Below, piece by piece: positions 25,447 to 39,666 of a DNA stretch of 64,000 bases. The DNA lies in NCBI RefSeq assembly GCF_006345805.1, contig NW_021834487.1, positions 1-64,000 of the forward strand, in the 5' to 3' direction. The notes under the pieces were generated by a model. That model was given only the letters and a program-made list of their open reading frames with translations. It was not told the origin of the DNA and searched no databases. Each line of letters starts with the position of its first letter. Position 1 is the first letter of the stretch. The position numbers and the translations under genes were made by a program. The stretch comes from Octopus sinensis. Taxonomy: Eukaryota.

Positions 25447-26073
25447 GTACAACTTCAACCGCAGCTATTAGCAGGATTATAGGCGGCGAGTTGACTGACC
25501 GCTTGAGCTTTCCTTTACTTTATCTTTTTTTGGAAGTAATATTTCTCTTACCTTGCTGATACATATTCGAATCGCAAAACATTTTTTATGACATTTTGTG
25601 GTTTAGGTTTACATACGACTCGAGAAACTCGCATATTCTTAACTGTCATCTTGTTCTTTATCACTGCAATTTTTGGTTGCTTCTGTAGATGGTATGACTT
25701 CTGTTGATGTAGCCACGGTTATCGCTGTTTTTGTAGCTACCGGTTTCTTATTTCTGTTGTTGCAGATGTAGATTTTCTTATTGTAGTCATTATTACTTGT
25801 GAGTACAATATTTATTATCAACTTTATTATGAATTTTCTCATCATTGTTCCATAACTGTACTGGTGTCGATATTTCTGTCATTGTCGGAATTATAACTGC
25901 TGTTTGGATAATTTTTCCCAATACACAAAAGATTCTTTTAACGTTTCCTCTGCTCTGAAGGAGTGAGTAGGCTCCCACGGTTATAAGAATCATCGTCTGC
26001 TATTTACACTTCCACCACTGCTGTGGTTATGATAAAATGAATATCTGTCTCAAAGCAGATATACATACATACA

Positions 26074-26141
<68 letters not shown>

Positions 26142-27210
26142 ATATAATATATATATATATATTATATATATATATATATAACAATTATCAATGCATCTTC
26201 CCTCTTAAACAGAGAAGACGTATGTATATATTATATTTAACAATGTACGTTCCTTCTCTTTCTCTTTCTCTCCTTCTTTCGTCTCTCATTCCTTCCTTTC
26301 CTTTTTATAATATAACACGATAATAAACGCAACAAATGTAATATAACTAAGATTACATTATTCAAATATTATAACAATTTAAATAGGGGCAGCAGCTGTA
26401 AGACTTTTCACTTTAAACCAAACAATAACAATAACATCAACATAATGATGATGATGATGATGATGATGATGATAAGGAGGAGTCCTTTTATTTACCATAG
26501 CTGAGCCAAATGATGAGACATTACAAAGACGTTACAATTTATCGGGGAGTGGGGTGAATTTGTGTAAAATGGCTGACGAGCTAAAATGAGTGATGGGGAA
26601 AATGAAATGTAAACTACACATTGTATAGAATATGTATGACATCCGACTCACAGAAATGGGAATTCTCGTATTCTACAGCCTCTTGCAGTTGAGGTTTTAC
26701 TCTCCAAATTTAAAGAACGGACTATCCCAATCGGTCGATTCATCAGTTATGCACTTGCTTCATACTTTCCGTCTCTTAATGGCTGTTATCGTCCTTTCTT
26801 TTAACATCACATCTTACGTAAAGAGCCATGATTGGCTATCCATTATTGTCTCTAACCCATCGGTCGCTCCAAACTGTTAAATGTCTGCTGAAAACCGCAT
26901 AGATCTGCTTGGACACGAGTAACAGGTGCCAGTCTCGGTTCGTCAAAGAACGAATTCTACTTTCGTTTCCACATCGTGCCTCCGCCATCTGAGCCCATCT
27001 AACAGCGTTATTTTCCCTTTGCTTTAGAACATGAGTCCAAAGTGTGACAAAGCAGCGTTCATGTTTCGCGTTGAAGAAATAGTCGAAGATTATACTCACC
27101 TCTAGCACGTTGGTCGCAATTTCCTTACTAATCCATCTTCTTGCTCACTAAATCGCTCCATATACAGTATATTTCTTCTTTATCCAGTTTTCTACTGATC
27201 GTTAGTAGAC

Positions 27211-27408
27211 GCAGGAAGGGCTGTGTGGTAAGAAGCTTGCTTACCAACCACATGGTTCTGGGTTCAGTCCCTTTGTGTGGCACCTTGGGAAAGTGTCTTC
27301 TACTATAGCCTCGGGCCGACTAAAGACTTGTTAGAGGATTTCGTAGACGGAAACTGAAAGAAGCCCGTCGTATATATATATATATATATATATATACGTA
27401 TGTGTGTG

Positions 27409-27443
<35 letters not shown>

Positions 27444-27686
27444 GTGTCTGTGTCTGTGTGTCTGTGTGTGTGTCTATGTTTGAGTATCTATGTTTGTCCC
27501 CCCCCCCAACATCGCTTGACAACCGATACTGTTGTGCTTACGTCCCCGTAACTTAGCGGTTCGGCAAAAGAGACAGATAGAAAAGTACAAAGAATAAGTA
27601 CAAAGAATAAGTCTTGGGGTCGATTTGCTCGACTAAAGGCGGTGCTCCAGCATGACCGCAGTCAAATGACTGAAACAGTAAAAGAG
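27211..27686 (+). mobile_element. Family-B SINE, full length
   Basis: GGGCTGTGTGGTAAG A-box, GGGTTCAGTCCC B-box, internal (TA)n(TG)n, conserved 3' body. Confidence 0.92.
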
Positions 27687-28708
27687 GATTTCGTATTTAA
27701 TGACCTTTTTCAAGTCATCACGCCACCAGTTGTTGACGATTGCTTCCATTCACCAACGCTTTACAATCTCTCAAATGCTGTCTCAGTAATCTTTGTGAAC
27801 AATATGCTTTTAACCTCTCAGATAAAATAATCTCTTCGTGTGTATCATATCTAAGTCAACTGAGAGGAGAGTGTAATTGACCAGCTTAAATTATAAACAT
27901 CCCATAATAAGTCCATCAACTGTGCTGATCAACGCTCTATCTCGGAATGGTTTGAATGGTTTACTGAATGTGAAATTCATTCATTCTGAGGAGTTTCAGT
28001 TCACGTTCCACCGACCGCATTGGTTTGTAGATGTAGTGCAGCTTGATTGGAAAGACAAGCTTCACAGTCATGCATGCGTATCCTTCGCGTTACGTAAATG
28101 TTCCCATCCTGAAAAGCTTGTCGTGATGAAAGAGATAAACATTACATAAACATAACTAGATGCTGATACAAATAAACAGGGAGAGAGAGGAGGAGACAGT
28201 GAGAAAGAGAGAAAACGAGAGAAACATTAATGTGAGGGAAACATTGATACTTCTAAATGAGTGATACGAAATAAATGGCGCTGAAACAGCTATGCTAGAG
28301 CATCTCATAGCATTTCCTCCAGAATTAATGATAGACCAATCATTTTGGATTTTACAAATTTTTTTCCAATTTAAAAGTTCTTTGGATAGTTGTGCATAAT
28401 ATATCCTTCTGAATATTGTCTCTCATGTAAACGAACAGAGCTCTGTAAGATGGAAATGTTGATGTTCCATAGTGCGGATTGTTTAACTTCTGGAGAACTA
28501 TGAAGTCATGGCAACATCTCTGAGACAAGATGCGCATCTTTGCTCTACACTTGACGGACAAACTGCAGCTCTGAGATGCGGTTGACAAAAAATGAAGACG
28601 TCCCAGTACCTTCTTGCATGGCAATTAATTATGATTACTAAAATATTTTTATGACTAATCGTAATAATGTTATAACTAATCGTGTTTCGTAATTATTATA
28701 ATACCTAG

Positions 28709-28925
28709 GGCGGCGAGCTGGCGGAAACGTTAGCGTGCCAGATACAATGCTTAGCCTCATTTCGTACGTCTTAACGTTCTGAGTTCAAATGCTGCCAGAT
28801 GAAAGACTTTGTCTTTCACACTTTCGAGGTCGAGAAAATCAGTGTCAGTTAAGAAACCCTGGGGTGGATGCAATCGACTTAATTACATTCCGAAATTCCT
28901 GGCCTTGGCCAAAATTGAAAAGCAA
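28709..28925 (+). mobile_element. Family-A SINE
   Basis: GGCGGCGAGCTGGCGGAAACGTTAGC...GTTCTGAGTTCAAAT. Confidence 0.85.
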
Positions 28926-28929
28926 TATA

Positions 28930-29670
28930 ATACCTAACTAACTTTCATAAATAATCTAATATCTGCTTATGATCTATAAACAATTTACATCAAATCATCA
29001 ATGATAAATTAGATTTTAACTAATTTTAATAACTAATCTTGATTTTGCTTATGGTTTATAAGTTATTTTTCTTTATAATAAACTGGGATTTATAACTTAT
29101 CATAAATTATGACTGATAAATTATCTTTATAGTAAATTATATAACAAATGCTTAATGAATTATTTCATAACTCATGATTGATAACTAATTTTAGTCTTAA
29201 TTATGCTTAATAAACAATATTATATCTAAATATGATTTGTAAATAATTCATCGCAAATTGTGATCGATAAAATGTTTCATATAATTTTTTTACTAAGTGC
29301 TATTTATATATAATTTGGTAACTCATTAAGATTCATAAATAATGAATATCATCTAATCAAATATTATACTTAATTGCGCTTTTAACCAATTGAAAACAAA
29401 AAACGATATGATTAATGATCATCTAATTAATTTCGAGTAATTATGAGTTATAAGTAATTTCATAAAAAATGTAGCTAATAACTAAGATTATTTGTCATTA
29501 CGACGTATGATGTATTAAAACTAATTATGATGAATTATAACTAATTCAAATTGTAGTTAATTGCATTGTCTTATTATGATTTAAATTTAATTTTATAAGA
29601 TTATAATTAAAATTTAAAAATACTTTTATGAATTGTATTCGAAATATTCACTTAGCGTCACAAAGTAAAA
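28930..29670. repeat. Very AT-rich low-complexity tract
   Basis: Degenerate TAAT/ATAA-rich sequence with no ORF. Confidence 0.7.
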
Positions 29671-29671
29671 T

Positions 29672-29716
<45 letters not shown>

Positions 29717-29739
29717 TATACATACATATATATACATAT

Positions 29740-29788
<49 letters not shown>

Positions 29789-31100
29789 ATCCAAACAAGA
29801 AAACACAGAAAAAAACACAGAAAAAAACACAGCAACGCGAGGACGTAGAACAATTAAAGTATTATTTGACGCTATATATGTGTTTATATACTATAATTTT
29901 ATAATTATATAAAGTTTTTCTATATCTAATGGTTAATGAGTTCTTTTAAAAGCAAATAATTATTTCTGTTAATAATGTTTCTAACATTCGTTTTTCTTTT
30001 ATATAAAACATTTATCGTTTCAGTTAAAGGTTTAGAAAGAAGGATAAAAAATTTAAAAAACTTTCGCTGATTAGATACTCAGTCTGATTGCATATTCTCA
30101 AACACTTGTTTTCCTATACGTATACTGTTTGGTAAACATCATCATTGCACTTGGCCTGAAGATAAAATTATTTCTCCCACTGTCTCAGCTCACCTAGCAG
30201 TAAGTAGGTATTACAAAATAAGTGACATGCATTGCTCTAATAAAATGCATCGCTTTGCATAATTAGTGAATGAATTGTTAGAGTCTATGATCCAACTGAA
30301 GTTCTTATGTTGATTTCGAGTAAATGAATCGCTATCGTTTTCGAAGATGCGAAGTTAGTTGTTTGATCATTGGGCCTCTTACGCGCTTACTCACTGAAAT
30401 AGCGTGTAATTTTCTTAATATTCTCTATATCCATGGGTATAAAGACTTTCTGAGAATTTACAATCCCTTCAAAACATTCTGTGCAACTTTTCCTTCCTTA
30501 ATTTATTTTAAAAATCTTGGATCGAAACGATTCCATGGTAAACAACACTTTTACTGAATCGCCAGCAGTAGAATTGATTTCGGATCATTGTGATTGGGAA
30601 ATTAACTTTTTAATCCTTCGGCCAAGTTGCTTTCACAAAATCAAGCAATTTGAAATTTAACCATTAGTCAGTCACTGAACATCGTTCCGAATCATGTCAG
30701 TCGGCATTTTTTATATTTATATTTTTACACTAAGCGTTATGGCATGTCGTTGTTCGCTGTTCTATCCATGAAGTCCTAATCTTTACAGACATGAAGATTA
30801 ATTAATGGATTTCCAGGCTTTCAGCAATATATATATATAACTAGAATTTTCTTTTTGAAGACTGTAAAATATACTTTGAAGAAACTTTCTAGTTAATTCT
30901 AATAGGCCGAGTGACCGCATATTAACTATTATTAACTCATTTTTTAGACTATTAACCGACGCACCGGTGTCTATTAAATTCCGTACGCTCATCCGCTGGT
31001 AACTGGATGACATTTAATTAGAATACATGAGAATGTATTGTAATAGTCCTACTACATGTGCAAATTCGTACGTGCTTGTGCAATATATGTGTACGTGTGC

Positions 31101-31156
<56 letters not shown>

Positions 31157-32770
31157 TGTATGTTTATGTATGCATGTGTAACATGTGAATGGCCTAGCGT
31201 ATGAAGTATTAATGAGCGTAGATCAGCGGTTGGTGTTTCTTAATACTTCTTTTGTATTGATGCATTTAACCTACATTTTACGCGGTGGCGCCAAAGCAAT
31301 CTGTGGAATATTCAATTGCATACTAAATTCCTTAGATACAAGAAATCTTCAACTTCAGTCAAAAGTTTTACTAGTCAGTCTACTTAACTGTCAAAAATAG
31401 GCATTGAACCATCTGGAAATGATTTATCATATCACAATTTATCAATCACTCCATAATGCTGTCAGGTTTAGATCCTAGATCAATACGGGGAATTTCTAAA
31501 CTAATATTAAAATCCAACAAGCAAACATTGATGATGTACAAAACTACAGTTCGAAAATATATATTACGGTGATAGCGTCTACAACAGTCTCAGTCTTGCC
31601 TTTGTAGAGGCAGCAACATATGCTAAACTCACTAGGTAAGACTCTACTGTTCGAGTAAGATCGATTGTAGTTTTCGAAAGAAAATACAAGAAATTCGGAC
31701 AAGAACATGAACAAAAACTTTATGAAAGCAATGTTTGATATCACTTTCCTTCTGTATATGCATATATATATATTATTTAATAAACACAATGCATATAATT
31801 TTATTAGCTATTAATAGTCTCATGCGATGAAAACTACTCAGACAGTTTTTATAACACGTCTGGTGCTCTTACGAAATCCTTAGGTTCTGCGCATATAGCA
31901 TAGTACGCCATTAGAGGACGATAGAAAAGTAGAAAATACGAAAAGAGGCGAGAAGAAACCAGATGTAAAAAGTGGAAGAAGTTTGAAAACACCGGAAAAC
32001 GAAAGGGAAGAAAGAAAAAAGGGGGCAAATTAATGTCATGCTCTCTTTGACCTTAAAGTCATAAGGTTGAATGAATAGAGACTTAGAGTCTGCGGTACAG
32101 CGGCTTAATTTGGACAGGACGGTATTTTCCAATTCGCACACATGAACTTGTCAATATATTTATACCTGCTGAAAATTTCAGATCTGGAATTCATCAGTGC
32201 AGTGGAGTTCTTAGATCTGAAAACAATTTATGACCTTTCAGATACGCATAGCTTGCATTTTTTTTCTCTGTTTACATATGGTGTGGACTTTTCAATTATT
32301 TTCTATATGATTCAAACCCCGTACATGGCTAACCAACTTAGAGGCTTTACTTTTGTCCCTGTGTCGGAAAAAAAGATATGTGGTTAGATTAGCAATTTTT
32401 GCAATCCCTTTCACTTAGGTCGATGTAGCTTTTGCTTTCGATTATGTTATCATTTAGCGTTGCTAAACTTCTGCCTAATATATGACAGACTGAATCATAT
32501 CCCTGATCGGGTGGACAGGTTTCTGGGACTCAACAGTTGCAACTAGGAGTGGGCTATTGTACACATATAATGATGCTTTCCATATTGAGGCAGCAGCTAT
32601 ATGATAATTTGACTGAGCACCTGTCGAATGTTTTTCTGTACCTGTGATTTATTGGAAAATATTTCTCTAAGAGAGACAGGAATATTTTATCTATGTGGGT
32701 TTTTAGGTTAAGTGAACAGGGGAGGGGCGAACCAAATTATTCATCAAGGCCTATTTTTATTTGTTATTCG

Positions 32771-33157
32771 TGGAGGAATGGCTGAGTGGTAAGTAGCTTG
32801 ATTACGAACCACATGGTTCCGGGTTCAGTCCCACTCCGTAGCACCTTGGGCAAGTGTCTTCTTCTATAGCATCGGGCCGACTAAAGCCTTGTGAGTGGAT
32901 TTGGTGGATGGAAACTGAAAGAAGCCCGTCGTATATATGTATGTGTGTGTATATGTTTGTGTGTCTGTGTTTGTACCCCAACATCGCTTGACAACCGATG
33001 CTGGTGTGTTTACGTCCCCGTAACTTAGTGGTTCGGCAAAAGAGACCGATAGAATAATTACTAGGCTTCCAAAGAATAAGTCCTGGTGTCGATTTGCTCG
33101 ACTAAAGGCGGTGCTCCAGCATGGCCGCAGTCAAATGACTGAAACAAGTAAAAGAGA
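32771..33157 (+). mobile_element. Family-B SINE, full length
   Basis: Close match to 27211-27686, 42838-43226 and 56146-56551. Confidence 0.93.
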
Positions 33158-33518
33158 GTTAAAGAATACTGTTACTAGACGAATTGTAAATTAATTCATC
33201 ATTAAAACTACTAATGGCCAGGGCATTGTTGTTGTACTGGGCTATTTTCTTGAAAATTACTTTAGAGGAATAAAGGTTAGATGTTCAGTTGCCAATGTTC
33301 ACAATCAGGTTTTTAAACACTGTGGAAGGGTGATAAGACTGTTTACCAGACTCTCCTCCATAATGGGAAAAATAAAAAATTAAATATATAAAATATAAAT
33401 AAACAAAATCTCTTATTCAGACCATTCTTTAATATAGACAAGTATCAGCTTTAATATAAATTAACATGTTATAAAGTTATTACCCACACGATATCATATA
33501 TGTATATATGTATATATA

Positions 33519-34170
33519 CAGGGTCATGGGAAAGTAACTAGTCATTAGAAATTACTTACAGAATTTTTAGTATCAGTGAAGTCATGACGAAAACACTTTT
33601 TAAACAGACAACACTATTGGGAATTTCTAATTTCTTATTATCCTATTTCTTGTTTCTTATTTTCCAGATGGCCGGTCGCTTGACTGTTCAGGAGCGAGCT
33701 AAGATAGCAGCACGCTTTGAAGTGTGGAATTCTATTGTTTTGGTTCAGAGTTGGTGGCGTGCATGGAAAGTTAAGCATGAAACACGACGTCCGGCGATAA
33801 TAAAATGTTGTCAGGCAAAGCTGATGACCACAGGCTTTGTGAAGGATGCAAAAAGAAGTGGCCGTCCAACCACATCCCAATCAGCGGAGAATGTGACAAC
33901 ATTGCAGGAAAGGCTTAATCACAGTCCTCAAAATCAACTCGTCAAGCAGCTCGTGGAAGTGGACTAACAAAACGCACAATACGTACAGTGTTGCATAAAG
34001 AATTAAATTTTCATTGAGAAAACGCTATTAAGTGCAGGAACTAAAATTTGATTGGACGATGCGAACCTCATGAATGGCCTCCAAGAAGTCCAGATCTCAT
34101 TCAGCATGATATTTACCTGCGGAGTTACACGAAAGAGGAAGTGTACAAGACCGACAGCGAATATAACACA
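33519..34170 (+). pseudogene. Internally deleted Tc1/mariner-superfamily (DDxD-type) transposon
   Basis: TA followed by CAGGGTCATGGG end; ATG at 33668 gives MAGRLTVQERAKIAARFEVWNS...AKRSGRPTTS (HTH); later LIGRCEPHEWPPRSPDLIQHDIYL (WPPRSPDL..D motif); the central catalytic region is missing and there is a frameshift near 33930. Confidence 0.85.
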
Positions 34171-34464
34171 CTTGGTCGCGTTAACAAATGGATGTGGGTT
34201 CGACTCCCACGCAGATAGTGAAGACTTCTTTTTTCTGTCGAGGACTTATATGCCCCTTTATTAAACTATTTTCCTTAGTCTTTGCACGGTGATCGCCATA
34301 AGCTTGGTGCTTATATAAAAATAGAATTATTATTATTTACAGGATTGCAAATCACGGCGCGGCGCCGTTATTAGAAAACCATTCGCACCGAAAGCATATA
34401 TATATATATATATATATAAGATGATGATGTTCGTCCTTCGGGTTCGAAGATGACCATTGACATC

Positions 34465-34523
<59 letters not shown>

Positions 34524-34619
34524 TAGATAGATAGACACACAGAGACATGACAGAAGTAAATAAACAACCATATAATCATTAAAATTTATTTAAATCTGAA
34601 AATATAGATTGCATTTTTA

Positions 34620-35556
34620 AATGCAAGGATACTATACGGAATGCTACAGATCAGATGACGAATATTCTCTTGGGGAATTTCTTGCCAAGTTTCATGCAGT
34701 AATCTCAAAAGATCACTCTTTGAGGATGCTTTCTTGTTCCTTTTACGACGTTTCCTGTCTGCCCATTATGCCCCAGAGATGTTCAATAAGGATCATATCT
34801 CTTCACTGGCTTAGCCATGGAGGTTTTTACGCCATTCGTTTACAACCAATCTTCGATCATTTTAGCCGTGTGACAAGGAGCCCCATTTTCCTTAACTAAG
34901 GTCGTCTTCATTTTACCATTGGAGATGTTTAGATGAAGTCCTTTCTGCAATACGGACACATATTTATCTGAGTTTATGTTTCCATAACACTCCACCAGCT
35001 CTGATTGACCATTGCTCCAAATTGCGCCCTAGACCATCAGAGAATAACTGACTTGTTTCATTGTTGACAGTAATTTCTTTATGTCAAATTCTTGATCGCA
35101 GAGTCTCCAGACCCACACACGACCTCTGTTAGAAGATACAGCAAATCTGGACGCGATGCATCAGAGAATATGGTAGTGTCCCAAAATGTTAGCGGTCACT
35201 CCATCATCTTACCGGCCCAACAGCCAACATCCGTTTGATGTTGGCTAGTCGAAGAAGTAGCTTCTTTCTTGCTGTTCTGCCATAGTAACCAAATTTGTGG
35301 AGATATCTGACAGCTGTTCTGCGCACTGACATCAATTTCTGCTATGTAAGAGGTCTTGCAATGAGGATTATCCTCCACGCTTAACAAAGCAAAATGTCTT
35401 GTCAGAGGACCCTACTACTCCTCTCTGGTGAATTGCAAAATCACCTTATTTTCTATAGAAAACGGGATCCCAAAGTTTACACTGACTAAATCCACCTTCA
35501 GATTGACCCACGATACGAAATTTGGACAGTTCCAAGGCTTCTTTTGTACGTGGCAT
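34620..35556 (-). pseudogene. Decayed Tc1-like transposase
   Basis: Starts MPRTKE...RIVGQSEGG; DASRFAVSSNRGRVWVWR; GAIWSNGQSELV; ENGAPCHTAK; multiple stops and frameshifts. Confidence 0.85.
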
Positions 35557-36102
35557 TATTAAACAGTCACATATAGAAACTGAAACATAAAACTGTACAT
35601 TAATAAAATATATAAACTTTTTCAACTTAAAATAAGCATAAAACAATGTTTTATGGGTTGTCTATTTACTTCTGTCATGCCTGTACTTTCATTTACATGA
35701 TTCATTAAAGACACGAATGTTTTCCAGATTTATCGTTCAATTTTATAGGCTTTTTATATTTATGTGTCAGTTCTTTGTTAGTTTGGAACGATAATGCTCC
35801 TAAATCTATGCTGTAAAATTTCCCACCATAAGTTTCTGAACCGTTAGACCTCCACGTCAGCAATCACGTGCTATTTTGTTTTGTTTTAATCAATTTCTTT
35901 ATAATCGTTTGGACAGCATGTTCGTAGCTATATGGTAAAGTTTTGATGCGTGTGTTGTTTGTGTGTTTATTGTGGCATTGGGTTGCGATATGAGTAAAGC
36001 TTACATGATTTATCTAAATTTGTGGGGAATTTCATAAACTATGCAAATGTTATTCTTCAGTATATTTCTAGCTTATTTTGTTTATTAGTGTGTGCCATAG
36101 AT

Positions 36103-36356
36103 CAGTAGTTTTCAAACATTTTAACCTGTGGACCCTTTTGATTTCTGTTATATTCTACTGGACCTCCATAGTCATTCACTGTTAACAAAAGAAAATGTCT
36201 TACTGTTCTTTTATAATTAAATATTATTCGGTATTGTATATAAAAGAAGCATTTCCCGTATTGTAGAAGTATAACTAATTTATTGCATATAATTTCTAAC
36301 AATAAAATCTTATATTGTCCCTCAAGGGTCACTTGGACGCCATTTAGGAACCACTG
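36103..36356. mobile_element. hAT-like MITE
   Basis: Ends CAGTAGTTTTCAAAC ... TTAGGAACCACTG (reverse complement CAGTGGTTCCTAA); no clean TSD seen. Confidence 0.5.
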
Positions 36357-36729
36357 CTAATGAGAGTTGCGAGTCTTCTTTGTAAATGCATGGTGATCGA
36401 ACGAGACAATGTTGTACAAGTATGTCCGATGTAACAACTGGATTCCTGTAGTTTGCAACTTTCAGTTTTATAATTAAGCTTATAAATTGCTCTGGACATC
36501 ACTATCCTCTTCTCGGTCAAATTTCGAAACAACGCAAACACCAAATCTATTTTATTCCTCCAAAATGAGACTGTAAATGTTTGGATTGATTAAATATAGA
36601 TTTAAGTACTTTATTGTTCCAAACCAACTGCAAGAAGCTAAATCAATGATACAAAAAATTCTATAAAAAAAAACACAGAACGATTGTTAAACTTTTACAA
36701 TTTCTGGGCGGCCGTCGCACCCAACGGGT

Positions 36730-36988
36730 ATATATGAATATATATATGTGTGTGTGTGTGTGTTGTGTGTGTGTATGTGCGTTTGTATGGGTATGTGTTT
36801 ATGTGCGTGGGTGTGCATTTGTGCTTGTGTGTGAATGTGTGTGTTTGTGTGTGTGTGTGTGTGCATGTCAGTATATGTACTGTTAGAGTGACATTTTCAA
36901 ATAGACACGACATCATGAAGATGGAGTCAGACGAAACACACACACACACATATATATATCGATGTAATAGATATATATATATATATAC

Positions 36989-37033
<45 letters not shown>

Positions 37034-37044
37034 ATATATATAAT

Positions 37045-37080
<36 letters not shown>

Positions 37081-37199
37081 AACATATATACACATATACA
37101 CACAGGGGTATATATATATATATAATATATATATATATAATATATATATATAAACATATATACACATATACACACAGGCGCATATATATATTTATATAC

Positions 37200-37245
<46 letters not shown>

Positions 37246-37285
37246 CATATATATATACATATATATACATGCATACATACATGCT
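36730..37285. repeat. (TG)n/(TA)n microsatellite field
   Basis: Direct inspection. Confidence 0.92.
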
Positions 37286-37528
37286 TAACTTATATGCTGT
37301 CGGGTCTTAGGTTGCACATCGGTTCTGCTAATTAATTAATGTCCAAAGTTTCTATAATTTCTAATTAGTTGTGATTTTCTATAGGACGGGGAAGATCTAA
37401 TTGCGTTAATTAACTTGCTATTGAAGAAGATGGAACAGGATGATGAAACTGGTAATGCCGGGCAAAATGATGAATGCAATACGCATGCGTAAAAGCATCA
37501 CTGATACTGGATTTGTTCACAATGGTTA

Positions 37529-37582
<54 letters not shown>

Positions 37583-38234
37583 CAGTAGTAGTAATAGTAG
37601 TAGTAGTAGTATTTGTTGTTGTTGTTGTTGCTGTAAAGAACTTTCGATTGCAGAGAGAAGGGAAAGGTTTTGTAAGAGTGCGGAAGACAGAGAGGGGGAG
37701 ATAGACAGAAACACAGAGTGTGCGTGTGAGAGTGGGGGGAGGAGACAGACAGACAGACAGTGAGTGAGTGTGTGTGTAGGTGTGTATATGTGTGTGTGTA
37801 TGTGTGTGTATATGTGTGTGTGTGTAACGCACAGAAAGAGAAAGAGTGAGAGAGAAATAAAGATTGACAGGAAAAATATGGTCAATCCCTGGTTCGAATT
37901 GATCGCTGAGTCTTCGATTGTAATTGTTTATGCTCTTTTTTTTCAAGTTTTTACTGTTTTTGAAACGGTCTCCATCTAGAAGAGATAGGATCCAGAAGAA
38001 ATATAATCAAAGTGTGGTCCAGATACGACCATCACGTCATTTCCTCAGTTGTTGCCTTCTACAACATCTTTGTCGTTTTGAAGACACAATATGATTTCCA
38101 GAATATTTAGTTGATATTTGTAGCATATTGACGATCTATCCAGAAGTTCTTTTTGCTAGTTCGTAAACAATAAGAACACATTTTCGTTTTGAATTTGTAG
38201 ATAATTGTCTTTACTTCCCAAATTTAAGTTTCAT

Positions 38235-39030
38235 AGAAATACGTGGTGCTGAAATCGAGGAAACCTAGCCATCAGAATTTTTTTTTTTTATTCGTTATTT
38301 CTATATTGAATCAATTTCGGAATTTCTGTAGTGGGTATATAATAATATGTGGAAATTGACGATTTAAAAGTCTGTAATCAGCATATTGGCATAGAAATAA
38401 CTTTCTTTTGCCCTTCTTTATAAGTTGTTCATAATTTTAACCTTTAAAGGTATTTTAATATGCTGCCGCGTTTTTGATGTAATTTTTTTCTGTAAAAAAA
38501 CTTCATCCTATATTAGTAGTAGATTTATTACTATTCGCTATAGGGACTGGTAACCACTATAAGCTGTGGTGGAAAACAGTTCACACGTGTGCTGAGGCTA
38601 GCCAAAGGATTTTATATTTAGATATATCTGGGGTACTTATGTGTACACATTACTTTTGCTTCGGGTTTTTTTTTCCATGGACGCATGTAAGTATTTCATT
38701 TATTTCTATTCGAATTTTCTACAGAAGAGAAAAAAAATATATGAGATTAATTCCGAAATTGATTCAATATAGAAATAACGAACTTTTTAAAAACATTCTA
38801 ATGACTAGCTTTCCTCGATTTCAGGACCACGTATTTCTGTAGTGGGTATATAATAACATGTGGAAATTGACGATTTAAAAGTCTGTTATCAGCATATTGG
38901 CACAGAAATAATTTTTCTTTTGTCCTTGTTTATAAGTCGTTTATAATTTTAACCTTTAAAAGTATTTTAATATGCTGCCGCGTTTTTGATAAAATTTTCG
39001 TCTGTAAAAAAATTTCATCCTATATTAGTA

Positions 39031-39032
<2 letters not shown>
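38235..39032. repeat. Diverged partial tandem (period 511 bp) with a 90-bp segment inverted in front
   Basis: 38322-38520 resembles 38833-39031; 38235-38324 is the reverse complement of 38749-38838. Confidence 0.9.
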
Positions 39033-39084
<52 letters not shown>

Positions 39085-39184
39085 AAAATAATATGTGACA
39101 ATTATTCAGTACATATAAATTTCCTCCATTTACATAATATTGAGGTCTCTTTCTTTCTTTTGTTATCTTACCGTTTTTACCAAT

Positions 39185-39666
39185 ATATATATCTTTCTTT
39201 ACTACCCACAGAGAGGACAAACAATGACAGACTAACAGATTAAGTCGATCACATTGACCCCAGTACGCAACTGGGACTTATTTAATCGACCCCGAAAGGA
39301 TGAAAGGTAAAGTCGACCTCGGTGGAATTTGAACTCAGAACGTAGCGGCAGACGAAATACCGATAAGCATTTCGCCCGGCGTGCTAACGATTCTGCCAGC
39401 TCGCCGCCTTTATATATATATAAATATTGCAAATGGCATAATAATCATTACTGGTTTAAAATTTTAGCACAAGGCCAGCAAGCTTGAGGGAGTAGATAAG
39501 TCGGTTACATCGACCTCCAGTGTTCAACTGGTACTTATTTTATCGAACCCAAAATGATGATAAGCAAAGTCGAACGCAGCGAAATTTAAACTCATAACGT
39601 AGAGATTCGACGAAATACCGCTAAGTATTTTGGCCAGCGCGATAACGACTCTACAAACTCGCCGTC
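39185..39666 (-). mobile_element. Two tandem family-A SINEs (about 39185-39408 and 39450-39666)
   Basis: Reverse-complement homology to 642-880. Confidence 0.88.

Noticed and set aside
25639-25993. Short Thr/Asn-rich ORFs suggesting a mucin-like exon
   Set aside because: Stops in all frames; it looks like a decayed trinucleotide repeat.
32160-32200. CTGATGA...GAAA on the minus strand, also partial cores at 2962, 14535, 33825, 50808/52337 and 56943
   Set aside because: No properly placed stem II plus GAAAC and stem I pairing; not hammerheads.
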